From: an uncultured Desulfosarcina sp.
GTDB taxonomy: Bacteria > Desulfobacterota > Desulfobacteria > Desulfobacterales > Desulfosarcinaceae
NCBI GenBank assembly: GCA_963674945.2
Contig: CAXXWQ010000003.1
Location: 576,001-640,000, forward strand
DNA: 64,000 bases
Direction: 5' to 3'
This document shows positions 1-9,511 of the stretch, one piece after another (the stretch's first letter is position 1; each line of letters opens with the position of its first letter). The notes under the pieces are model-generated. The model ran no database searches and was not told where the DNA came from. It saw nothing but the letters and a program-made list of their open reading frames with translations. A program made the translations under genes and the position numbers.

Positions 1-112
1 CCATCCAATGTACCCCATATGAAAAACAAGCTCGTGGATTGATCAAAATGAAACGGACAGTACTAAGTTATTTTATAGGATACTCAACCTTATGGGAAAA
101 AAGTGCAAACCG

Positions 113-598
113 CTATTCGTGGCGTAATGCTTCGATTGGATCCAACCTGGCCGCCTGGCGGGCAGGGAAGTACCCGAACAGGACGCCCACGGCGGCGGAG
201 AAGAGAAAAGCAATGATGGTAATTCCAAAATCGAAAACGAAGGGAACATCCAGCAGGTTGGCACCCATGACCGCCGCTGCCAACCCGAGCAGAATCCCCG
301 CCAAGCCACCAAAGGCAGAGAGAACGACCGCCTCAATGAGAAATTGCAGTAGTACCTGGCGCGCCAGTGCACCGATGGCCAGACGGATCCCGATCTCTCG
401 GGTTCGCTCGGTAACCGATACCAGCATGATGTTCATGATGCCGATACCGCCCACCAAAAGGCTGACGGCCGCCACTGCTCCCAATAATGCCGTGAGAACA
501 CGGGTCGTGTCTGTCAGGGTACTCACGATCTCCTGCATGTCCCGCACGAAAAAGTCATCTTCTTTATTTCCCGTGATCTTTCGCCGCTGACGCATCAA
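113..598 (-). pseudogene. MacB/FtsX-type ABC permease, C-terminal fragment only
   Basis: Hallmark GGIGIMNIMLVSVTERTREIGIRLAIGA and C-terminal PARQAARLDPIEALRHE; ATPase and most of the periplasmic domain are absent. Confidence 0.85.
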
Positions 599-1373
599 AA
601 GTTCGACATCTGTTTTGACCCTTTCCGTTTTTATCCTCTTTTCGTGAAGACCGGTGACTGGGACGCCGCCGGGGAGGATGGGGCAGGAGTTTTTGAATCA
701 GGTTGCCGCCCTGTCTGGTGCCTGTTCGCCCATCGACCGGCGGAGTATAGCGGAAAGCGGCATTGGGGATCAGCAGGGTATTTTCCATCCGATGAACCGT
801 GATTTCCGCCGTGGCCGTCATTCCAGGCCGCAGGGTCAAATCCGAATTGTCCACATCGAGTACAGTGGCATAGGTAACAACGCCATCAACGGTTTTGGCT
901 CCATAGCGGACTTTGGTGACATGGGCTGGAAACGGCGATCCGAATAGGCATCCACAGTGAATTCAGCCGTCTGACCGGCACTGACGGCGCCTACGTCGGC
1001 CTCATCCACATCCACGATCAACTCCATGCGGGCAAGATCTTCGGCCAGGATGAAGAGTACCGGCGCCTGGAGGGATGCCACGGCAGCATCCAGATCGATC
1101 TGCGAAACGGCCTTGTTGCCGCTGATCTCGCGAAAACGGTTGAGCCGATCCACCTGGTTCCGGGCCTCATCGACAGTGGCTTGGGCCGACAGCACTTTGG
1201 ATTGCAACACCTTTGCCCTTAGTTTGGTGGTATCCAACACCGCCAGTGCCTGCCCCACCGTTACCCGATCGTTATAGTCCACTGCCACTTTCTCAACAAT
1301 TCCGGGGCTCGCTGCCCACATCCGCCTGATTGGTGGGTGCCAAATTGCCGGTGGCGGTGACCGTAACGATCAG
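564..1373 (-). pseudogene. MacA-like efflux periplasmic adaptor, fragmented
   Basis: Pieces VTVTATGNLAPTNQ, VDYNDRVTVGQALA, SLQAPVLFILAEDL..VDEADVG and DNSDLTLRPGMTATAEI lie in different frames, with the helical hairpin missing. Confidence 0.8.
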
Positions 1374-1778
1374 AATCGTTGTTGTATATGAATGCAAGTG
1401 AGAAGTCTTATAGAATCGCGGTTCTTACTAAAGCATCGCTTCTAATGTCAATATGGTTTTCATGGGTAAGAACTTTTTTACGCCCTTGGCACGATATTTC
1501 TCAATCTGACGATCAATAAAAAGCATTCCGTGCCAGCGGAAAATTTTACTTGACTGAAATTCGATAATGAGTTAAAGACCACAATCTTTGTTGGGAATCG
1601 CCTTTCCAAATCTGGCGCCATGAAGGTGCCACGACCCGACAATCTACTCGTCAAAAACAATCCAGACTTATAATGTAGTGTTGCCAAGAAGGCGGACGCA
1701 AATCATGGCGAACCGGGATGCTGCCCGGTGTTGCTCGCCTTTATTTCCGGCAGTCGTGCCGTTTGTTGGGGAGATATT

Positions 1779-2564
1779 ATGCGTTTGAAAATACTTTTTG
1801 GCCTATGGATGATGGTTTTCTTTTTCCTGGGAACGTTGCCTTGTCCGGCCGAAGAGCCCGGCAAATCGGGATTGAAGCGGCAGGTCGAACGGTTGGTCGA
1901 CGAATCCGTCGACATTCGTCAGGCGACCCAAAAAGAGAGCGAACAATGGCGGGAGGAAAAGCAAGCGCTGATCGACCGGTACGAGCTTCTGGAGAAGGAG
2001 CTCGTGCAACTTACGGCCCAAGAGCGTCAATTGGCGGAGAAAAATTCCGCCTGCCGGCAACGTATCGCCGAGAAACAACGGCAATTGGAGAATTCGGAGA
2101 GAATCCAGTCCGAGATTGCGCCCCTGATCGACGCCCAGGTCGCCAAACTCAATCGCCACCTCACCACCGACCTGCCGTTCCTTCCCGATGAACGCCGCCA
2201 ACGGATCGATCGATTGGAAGCCCTGCGCCTGGATCCGGACATTGCCGCTGGTGAGAAATTCCGCAAGCTGATGGAAGCGCTTCTGGTGGAGGCCGAATAC
2301 GGAAACACGATCGAGGTGTACCAGCAAACCGTCGGCGTTGCCGGCAAGGAAATGCTGGTCAATGTGTTCCGCCTCGGCCGCATCGGGCTCTTCTTTCAAA
2401 CCCTGGACGGCAAAACCAGCGGCATCTTCGATGTGGCTTCCTCAAAATGGCAACCCCTGCCTCCTTCGACCAACCAGGTCATTTGCGCGGCGATGGACAT
2501 CGGATCGAAACGGCAGCCGGTGGAAATGCTGACCTTGCCGTTGGGAAGGATGCGCGTCCAATGA
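1779..2564 (+). CDS. DUF3450 family exported coiled-coil protein (TonB2/TtpB-like)
   Basis: Signal peptide, coiled coil, DLPFLPDER, EAEYG and FRLGRIGL motifs; ATG 1779 after GGGGAG; first gene before ExbB/ExbD/TonB. Confidence 0.8.
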   Translation: MRLKILFGLWMMVFFFLGTLPCPAEEPGKSGLKRQVERLVDESVDIRQATQKESEQWREEKQALIDRYELLEKELVQLTAQERQLAEKNSACRQRIAEKQRQLENSERIQSEIAPLIDAQVAKLNRHLTTDLPFLPDERRQRIDRLEALRLDPDIAAGEKFRKLMEALLVEAEYGNTIEVYQQTVGVAGKEMLVNVFRLGRIGLFFQTLDGKTSGIFDVASSKWQPLPPSTNQVICAAMDIGSKRQPVEMLTLPLGRMRVQ

Positions 2565-4000
2565 GACTCACCCGCTTATGTGAATCATCGGCCCTTGTTC
2601 TCACGTTCGTCCTGGCCTTTGCAACCCTTTGCCAGTCGCAGGATATGCGCGACATGCATATTCGGGCCAGGGAACAGCTTCTCGAAAAATCGGCTGCCGA
2701 GAAGCAGGCTGCGGTAGAGGAAGCGGCCCGGGGAAAGGCCCGCATAATCGACGACCGCACGCAACTGGAGCAGTCATTGAAGGATCTGGAGTCCCGGGTT
2801 CAGTCGGTGCATCGGAAAATCGAAGGGCTCGAAACCGAGGAAACGGCGCTCGAAACCGAGGAGACCGAGCTGAACCAAAAGATCGCCCTGACCGATAGTA
2901 TGGTCCGGGAAATGGTCGGTGTGATCCGGGTCACGGCCAAGGATATCGTCACCCTCATCGACGGCAACCTGCAAAGCGCCATCGCCGACAAGCCGATGGG
3001 AGTGCTACGGTCCATTGCCGGTCAGGCCCGTTTTCCGGGAATGGAAGAGATCGAGACCATGGTGGCCCAACTGTGGCGGGAGATTCGCGATGCCGGCAAC
3101 GTTTATCTTACCTCCGGGACCATCGTCGACCGAGGCGGCAACCGCAGCCGGGCGGACATTCTCGTTCTGGGCAACTTCACGGCGGCCTATCGCATCGGCG
3201 AGGAGGTCGGTTTTCTCAACTACTCGGCATCCGGTCATAACCTGTTCGCCCTTTCCAAGCTGCCCCCAAAGCGGATGCAGAAATCCTTGTTTACTTACAT
3301 GCATGGAAAAAGCGATGCCGTTCCCATGGACATCTCCCGTGGCGCAGCCCTCGGCCAGCTCACCCATTCCCTCAGCCTATGGCAGCAAATTCCCAAGGGC
3401 GGCCCCATCGTCTGGCCGATCCTGGCCATTTTGGCCCTGGCCGTCATGATCGTGATCGAACGGGTTATTTTCCTGCTGCGCAAGCGCCTGGATGCGGACG
3501 GCCTTACCGACCGCATCGCATCCCTGGCCAAGACCGGAGACTGGAAGAAATGCGCGGATATGTGCGCCCGCCAGGGCAAAAAGCCCGTGGCGCGGGTAGT
3601 GGCCGCCGGTCTGGCGTGCTTCCCGGAAATTCAGCGGGAAACCATGGAAAACGCCCTCCAGGAGGCGATTTTAAAGGAAATCCCGCCCATGGAGCGGTTT
3701 TTGTCCACCCTGGGCATGCTGGCCGCCATCGCCCCGCTGCTGGGTCTCTTGGGAACGGTGACCGGTATGATCGACACGTTTCATGTGATCACCCGGCACG
3801 GAACCGGCGATCCGCGGTTGATGTCGGGAGGCATATCCGAAGCCCTGGTGACCACCATGCTGGGACTCACCGTGGCGATTCCCATCATGCTTGCCCACAC
3901 CCTGCTTAGCCGGGCCGTGGACAAACGAATCGGCCAAATGGAAGAAAAGGCCGTGACCCTCGTCAATATCGTTGAAAAAAACAATGACGCCGGCAATTGA
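2561..4000 (+). CDS. Long MotA/TolQ/ExbB family protein (TtpC-like)
   Basis: C-terminal IAPLLGLLGTVTGMI..GGISEALVTT; N-terminal signal peptide and coiled coil; ATGA overlap with the upstream stop. Confidence 0.85.
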   Translation: MRLTRLCESSALVLTFVLAFATLCQSQDMRDMHIRAREQLLEKSAAEKQAAVEEAARGKARIIDDRTQLEQSLKDLESRVQSVHRKIEGLETEETALETEETELNQKIALTDSMVREMVGVIRVTAKDIVTLIDGNLQSAIADKPMGVLRSIAGQARFPGMEEIETMVAQLWREIRDAGNVYLTSGTIVDRGGNRSRADILVLGNFTAAYRIGEEVGFLNYSASGHNLFALSKLPPKRMQKSLFTYMHGKSDAVPMDISRGAALGQLTHSLSLWQQIPKGGPIVWPILAILALAVMIVIERVIFLLRKRLDADGLTDRIASLAKTGDWKKCADMCARQGKKPVARVVAAGLACFPEIQRETMENALQEAILKEIPPMERFLSTLGMLAAIAPLLGLLGTVTGMIDTFHVITRHGTGDPRLMSGGISEALVTTMLGLTVAIPIMLAHTLLSRAVDKRIGQMEEKAVTLVNIVEKNNDAGN

Positions 4001-4604
4001 TCTGATTCGCGAATGCTTCCTGAAACTGGAAGACTACCTGCAGACAGGCGGTGTGGTGATGCTGCCGCTGGTGGCGGTGAGTCTTGTCATGTGGCTGTTG
4101 ATCATGGATCGGGCCATCTTCTTCAGACGCATGTACCGCCGGAATATGAGCTATCGGACCGCCTGGTCCCACGTGCGGGAAAACCGGATGCCCGATCCCG
4201 AAAAATACAGTGGCGCCGTTTCGCTGCTGGTGGCGCGCTTCATACCGGCCCGCAGCGGCGAGCCGGTCCTGGATCGTTTTATTCTGGATGAAACGGTGAT
4301 GCTCTTACACCGCAGCCTTTCCGACTATCTGGCGTTGATCGGCGTGCTTGCCGCCATTGCCCCTCTTCTCGGTTTGCTGGGCACGGTGACCGGCATGATC
4401 GCCACCTTCGACGTACTTTCCGTATTCGGCACCGGCAACGCAAAGGCCATGGCCGGCGGTATTTCCGAGGCCCTGATCACCACCCAGACCGGGCTGCTGG
4501 TGGCCATCCCGGGACTTTATATGAAAGGGTTTCTGGAGCGCAGGGCACGTACATTGAAACAACGCATCCTTGCCGTGGGGCTTTTTCTGAGGAGGCAATT
4601 GTAA
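3984..4604 (+). CDS. exbB: ExbB proton channel
   Basis: APLLGLLGTVTGMI..AGGISEALITTQTGL. Confidence 0.85.
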   Translation: MTPAIDLIRECFLKLEDYLQTGGVVMLPLVAVSLVMWLLIMDRAIFFRRMYRRNMSYRTAWSHVRENRMPDPEKYSGAVSLLVARFIPARSGEPVLDRFILDETVMLLHRSLSDYLALIGVLAAIAPLLGLLGTVTGMIATFDVLSVFGTGNAKAMAGGISEALITTQTGLLVAIPGLYMKGFLERRARTLKQRILAVGLFLRRQL

Positions 4605-4605
4605 C

Positions 4606-5028
4606 ATGCTCAACATCACCGCCGGCCGACGCACCAAGCGAACTCCCGCCGAATTGAATATTGCCCCGTTGATCGACATGGTGTTCATTCTGCTGATTTT
4701 CTTTCTGGTCAATACCAGCTTCGTGAAAGAGACCGGCATCGAAGTGAGCCGTCCCACGGCCTCCACCGCGGCCAGCCAGTCCAAGGCCACGATCCTGATC
4801 GGTATCGATGCCGCAAATCGTATTTTCATCAACCGTCGCGAGGTGGATGTACGCGCTGTTCGGGCCAATGTGGAGCGTGCCCTGGCCGAAAATCCCGAAG
4901 GTGCCGTGGTGGTGGTGGCGGATAAGGCCAGCAGCACCGGCATTGCCATCCAGGTAATGGACGGCTGCCGCATCGCTGGCGCACAAAATGTCTCCCTGGC
5001 GGCGATGCTGCCCCAGGAGAACCGGTAA
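4606..5028 (+). CDS. exbD: ExbD
   Basis: NIAPLIDMVFILLIFFLV transmembrane helix with the conserved Asp; ADK motif. Confidence 0.9.
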   Translation: MLNITAGRRTKRTPAELNIAPLIDMVFILLIFFLVNTSFVKETGIEVSRPTASTAASQSKATILIGIDAANRIFINRREVDVRAVRANVERALAENPEGAVVVVADKASSTGIAIQVMDGCRIAGAQNVSLAAMLPQENR

Positions 5029-5052
5029 CCATATGCAAAAATACCATCGGCT

Positions 5053-5751
5053 ATGAATCGTCATTCGGATACGACCGCCTATTTCGAAACCCAGATTCAC
5101 CGCAACTGGCTGACATGGCTGTGGGCCGTCCTGGGTGCGCTGACGTTGAATCTGGCGCTTTTTGCCGTCATGCCGCACCTTTTGCATCCGGTGAAAAACA
5201 GAGCGGTGTTCGATACGCTTGTTTCGCACATCAACGTGATCCGTATCAAACGGCCGGAAACGCCGGTAAAGCGCAACAACGAAAACCCCCCGGAACCGCC
5301 TCCCCCAAAGCGGCATTTGAATGAACCGCTGAATCGAAAACCCATTGCCGCGAAAATGACATTGCCTTTTTCCATCAATCCGCGTCTGCCCACGACGCCG
5401 AATGCCTTACACCTGCCGGTTCAATCGATGGAAGCACCGGACACGATGGATGCGGGCGGAATTTTTGCCGTCGGAGATTTGGATTCGCCCCTGACAGTGC
5501 TGGCCCGCATGCCTCCCATCTATCCCTTGAATGCCAAACACCGGGGTATCGAAGGATGGGTCCGCATCCGATTCATTGTAAACGAAGACGGCGGCGTGAC
5601 AGACATCGACGTAGTGGAGAGCGAACCGTCGGGCGTATTCGATCAGAGCGTGATTCGTTGTGTCTCCGGTTGGCGTTTTCGCCCGGGAACGGTAGAGGGC
5701 ATGGCAGTAAAAACCTGTGCCGAAACGACCATCCGGTTCACATTGGATTAA
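5053..5751 (+). CDS. tonB: Energy transducer TonB
   Basis: N-terminal TM, Pro-rich linker, C-domain YPLNAKHRGIEGWV..F..WRFRP. Confidence 0.9.
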   Translation: MNRHSDTTAYFETQIHRNWLTWLWAVLGALTLNLALFAVMPHLLHPVKNRAVFDTLVSHINVIRIKRPETPVKRNNENPPEPPPPKRHLNEPLNRKPIAAKMTLPFSINPRLPTTPNALHLPVQSMEAPDTMDAGGIFAVGDLDSPLTVLARMPPIYPLNAKHRGIEGWVRIRFIVNEDGGVTDIDVVESEPSGVFDQSVIRCVSGWRFRPGTVEGMAVKTCAETTIRFTLD

Positions 5752-5777
5752 ACGGTATTCAGTAAGGAGGTGCGGCG

Positions 5778-7145
5778 ATGCAACCAGCCGTACGAAGCCT
5801 GTCCGCTTTGCTTTTTTTGTTGTTCATCCTGCCTGATGTTTGGTTTTTCCCGACCTGTTGCCGGGCAGCGGAAAAAAGCGACATCCCCTTGCCGGCCAGG
5901 GTCGCGCTTTCCAAAGCCGGGGCCTTGATGAATCAAAAGGCCTATGACCGGGCGACGGAAATCCTGACCTCCTTTCGGGAGGCAGGCGGCGGTCCGCCGA
6001 CCCTGGGCGAACCGGACCCCAAGGGCCGCGGTCATGCCGAAATCCATTTCGCCCTTGGCACCTGCTATCTGTTTTTAGGCGACTACCGGCAAGCATCCGA
6101 CGAATTCGAAGTGGCCGTGAGAAAAAAACCGTCCCACACATCCGCCTGGCTCAACCTTGCCAAGGCACGGTATGAATGCACCCAGTATGACGAAGCGGCC
6201 CGGTGTTTTATTCTGGCCTATGAGAACTCTGAAAACGGCCGGCCGGAACACCTCTATTTCGGCGCGGCCGCCTATCTCATGGCCAAACAGCCCCAAGCGA
6301 GCATCGACCTGTTCGAACGGCTGATGGACCGTCATCCCGATGCCGTCCTGCCCGAGTGGCGCGAGACCTTTGTCCACGCACTTTTGACCACCGACCGCGC
6401 ACGCCGGGCCTTGCCGGAAATCCGGATACTGGCCGAGACGTACACGGGAGAGAAACAGATCCAGTGGCAGGAAATCCTTTTGCACCAATACATCCAGCTC
6501 GAAATGAGGGAAGCGGCCCTGGCATACGCCCAGACGCTCACCCGACAGTCGCCGACCGTGGCCAAGTGGTGGGAAGCGCTTGCCCACGTCCGGTTGCAGG
6601 ATAGCAACTATCGTCAGGCGCTGGTCGCATTGACCGTATGCGGCTACCTGAAACCGCTTAGCGCCCGCGAGAAAAAGTTGCTCGCGGATCTCAATTTGCA
6701 ACTTGGAATTCCCATCCAAGCCGTCCGGCTGTACGAAAATGCGCTGGCTGAAAAATCCGATGCACGGATGCTTCACAATCTGATGCTGGCCTTGCAGCAG
6801 ATGGGAGAACCCCAAAAGGCACTTGCGGTATTGGAACGGTTCGCACCCCAGAGCCGGGACCCGGACCTGCTCATGGCCAAAGCCGACCTGCTGTACGGCA
6901 TGAAACGATTCAAGGATGCACAGCGAATTTACCACGAAATTGCCATAGACGATTCGGAAAAAGCATCGTTCACGGGGCGCGCCTGGCTGATGGCCGGCTA
7001 TGCGGCGCTGCAGGCCAATGACCCCGATGCGGGCCGACGGGCGTTCATGCATGCGGCGGACTATAAGCCGCATCGCCGGGCGGCCCTTGCGGCCATCAAA
7101 CAGATTCCCAATACCCGGAAACGCGTCGGACATTCGTCGTTATAG
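5778..7145 (+). CDS. Exported TPR protein (TtpD-like)
   Basis: Signal peptide; repeated helical TPR-like units; follows tonB; RBS AAGGAGG. Confidence 0.75.
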   Translation: MQPAVRSLSALLFLLFILPDVWFFPTCCRAAEKSDIPLPARVALSKAGALMNQKAYDRATEILTSFREAGGGPPTLGEPDPKGRGHAEIHFALGTCYLFLGDYRQASDEFEVAVRKKPSHTSAWLNLAKARYECTQYDEAARCFILAYENSENGRPEHLYFGAAAYLMAKQPQASIDLFERLMDRHPDAVLPEWRETFVHALLTTDRARRALPEIRILAETYTGEKQIQWQEILLHQYIQLEMREAALAYAQTLTRQSPTVAKWWEALAHVRLQDSNYRQALVALTVCGYLKPLSAREKKLLADLNLQLGIPIQAVRLYENALAEKSDARMLHNLMLALQQMGEPQKALAVLERFAPQSRDPDLLMAKADLLYGMKRFKDAQRIYHEIAIDDSEKASFTGRAWLMAGYAALQANDPDAGRRAFMHAADYKPHRRAALAAIKQIPNTRKRVGHSSL

Positions 7146-7346
7146 GGACCGGTCGTATGGAAAAGAATAGTAAAAAGCAAGCAACCGCATCCCGGCCAGG
7201 AGACGGCGGCTGCTTGCATGGTTGAAGCCCCGGTTACCGGGGAGCTTCGGAATGGATTTTACCATCCGACTCCCCGCCGCGTCAATTCGAGATGCACACC
7301 GGCTTATGACAATTGTTGAAACGGATCATGACAGCAAAGGGAGAAA

Positions 7347-9449
7347 GTGGAGATGAAAAAGAAATGGTTGATTGTCAGGCGGATGGGACTGGTAGTATGG
7401 CTTACCGCCATGGTTATGACGATGGTTGTCGCCCCGGCAGCGGCGGCGGACACCGAGGAGAAAAAGGACGCCGCCGCAAAAGACGATATCGTCCAACTGG
7501 AGGAAGTGGAGGTAAAGGATAAGATCGGCGCCCCCGGCCTTGACGTGGAGCCCTTGAAAACCATTATCGAGGTGGACGATTTTATTCCCGTGGCACCGTC
7601 CGACAGTATCCTGGATGTGCTCAAAACCCAGGCGGCCATCGATTTCCGGGATACAAACGACCTGGATCCGGGCGTCGACAGCGTCTACCTGAACGGCTTC
7701 GACAGCACGCGCTTCGTGACCGCGCTGGACGGTCTCACCATTCAGAAAACAGGGGGGCGCAAATCCTCCAATATCGTGGATTATTCGATGCTGCCGGCCT
7801 TTTTGATCGATAAGGTAGAGATCCTTCCGGGGCCCCACTCGGCCATGTATGACGCCAAGTCCATCGGCGGCGTGCTGAATTTCGTAAGCCGTGCCCCCGA
7901 GCGTCGGGACAGCCGGAGGCCCGATGTCGACTTGAGCACCGGCTACAGCTCCTACAACACATGGAACAGCACCGCCTCCCTGGCGGGGTCGATATCGGCG
8001 TTTACCTATGATTTGGCCTACCAGCATTACGAAACCGATGGGTATTTGCGTAGCAGCGCCATGGATAAGGATATCTTCTATGGTCGCTTAGGCTTTGTTT
8101 TGCCCTACGACGGCTTCGTCACCCTGAGTGTTTCCCACTCGGATGTCGATCGCAATCCGCCGGTGCGCAACGATCCCGACGTGGCGGAAAGCGATTACGA
8201 CCCGGACTATCCCATTGTGATCAATAGCAGCACCAGCAGTGTGTTCAATGCCAACCAACAGCCCACATGGGACAGTACTTCCAACAATTACCGCCTCAAC
8301 TACGAGCAGTCGCTTCCCACTGGGCGGCTCAACGTCAGCGGCTATTATAGTGATACGAACCGCCTTCGCAGTTATTATGAATATACCGATGATACCAGAA
8401 CCACCCTCGAAACCCAAAGAACCGACATGGACACCGACTGGTGGACCCAGGGCGGCAAAATCACGGATGCCATCGACTGGACCCCAAGTCAGACCACTAC
8501 CGTGGGATATGACCTCGTCCAGATGTTCGACGACCAGCCGGAGGACCATTCCAAGCGCATGGAAAAGCAGGGTTTCTTCCTGCAGCACCGGTGGGCCATT
8601 GTCCCGTCGCTGGAGGTCACGGTGGGGGCACGCCATGAGGATTTGAAGATCTGGATACATGACGATGGCACCTTGGATCCGCCCCGCCATTTTTCCGACC
8701 TGATGCCCAAATCCTTCCTCACCTGGAAAATGGACCAGTTGGCCCCCTGGCTGCGGGACACCTCCGTGTCCGCAGGCGTCAGCAAGATCTGGCACGCCCC
8801 CGACGCCCACGGCACCTACAACGCCCGGGGACGGCCCATTGGACGCGAGATGGATCCCGAGCACGGCATGGGCTATGACCTGATCCTGCAGCGTCGGTTG
8901 TGGCGGGATATCGAGATCCAGATCGACTACTCCCTTTATTTGATCGACGATTACATGTCCGGCGGCGACAATCTGGAAGGCACCGTGGAACGTGACGGCG
9001 TGGGGTTGCAGATGGGAGGCCATCTGACCGAGGACCTCTCTTTCTATGCCTCCTGGGCCTGGCAGGATTTCGGATATGACGGCAACGATGCGGGCGGCCA
9101 TGAAGTTGTGGACCAGCGGGCCAAAAACCGGATCGGGGCCGGGCTGCGCTATAATCTGCTTGAAAACACCATGCTGCTGCTCGACTATTCTTACCAGGAC
9201 GACGAGATTACTGAAGATTGGACGGACAATTCCGACGGCACTTCCACGTTCAACGGATACACCGAGATTCCGGCCTACCATTTGTTCGACTTCGGCGTGC
9301 AGCAAACCCTTTTCAAAAATGCCGGCTGGTTTCATGACGGGGTGCTCAGCGCTTATGTCAAGAACCTGTTCGACGAAGAATATTCCAACGCCAAGGGATG
9401 GCCGGCCATAGACCGGACTTACGGCGTCTCCTTCAAGGTAAAGTTCTGA
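7347..9449 (+). CDS. TonB-dependent outer-membrane receptor
   Basis: Signal peptide, TonB-box-like LEEVEV, plug IDKVEILPGPHSAMY..GGVLN, C-terminal KNLFDEEY..RTYGVSFKVKF ending in Phe. Start could be ATG 7353. Confidence 0.9.
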   Translation: MEMKKKWLIVRRMGLVVWLTAMVMTMVVAPAAAADTEEKKDAAAKDDIVQLEEVEVKDKIGAPGLDVEPLKTIIEVDDFIPVAPSDSILDVLKTQAAIDFRDTNDLDPGVDSVYLNGFDSTRFVTALDGLTIQKTGGRKSSNIVDYSMLPAFLIDKVEILPGPHSAMYDAKSIGGVLNFVSRAPERRDSRRPDVDLSTGYSSYNTWNSTASLAGSISAFTYDLAYQHYETDGYLRSSAMDKDIFYGRLGFVLPYDGFVTLSVSHSDVDRNPPVRNDPDVAESDYDPDYPIVINSSTSSVFNANQQPTWDSTSNNYRLNYEQSLPTGRLNVSGYYSDTNRLRSYYEYTDDTRTTLETQRTDMDTDWWTQGGKITDAIDWTPSQTTTVGYDLVQMFDDQPEDHSKRMEKQGFFLQHRWAIVPSLEVTVGARHEDLKIWIHDDGTLDPPRHFSDLMPKSFLTWKMDQLAPWLRDTSVSAGVSKIWHAPDAHGTYNARGRPIGREMDPEHGMGYDLILQRRLWRDIEIQIDYSLYLIDDYMSGGDNLEGTVERDGVGLQMGGHLTEDLSFYASWAWQDFGYDGNDAGGHEVVDQRAKNRIGAGLRYNLLENTMLLLDYSYQDDEITEDWTDNSDGTSTFNGYTEIPAYHLFDFGVQQTLFKNAGWFHDGVLSAYVKNLFDEEYSNAKGWPAIDRTYGVSFKVKF

Positions 9450-9454
9450 TCGTA

Positions 9455-9487
9455 GCCCCGTTCCCGCACAGACCGTGGGAACGGGGC
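9455..9487 (+). terminator. Strong hairpin after the receptor gene (terminator or mRNA stabiliser)
   Basis: GCCCCGTTCC..GGAACGGGGC stem; only a short T tract follows. Confidence 0.5.
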
Positions 9488-9511
9488 AGTTTAATATAGG
9501 AGAAGAGTAAC

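Noticed and set aside
1680..1740. c-di-GMP-I riboswitch (GGACGCAAA)
   Set aside because: The upstream GGCAAA/GAAA stem and second hairpin are missing.
1380..1778. Cobalamin riboswitch, Fur or NikR box before the TonB cluster
   Set aside because: No GGGAA..GGTG..CCC..ACTGT aptamer core; GATAATGAG near 1563 is only a half-site-like match.
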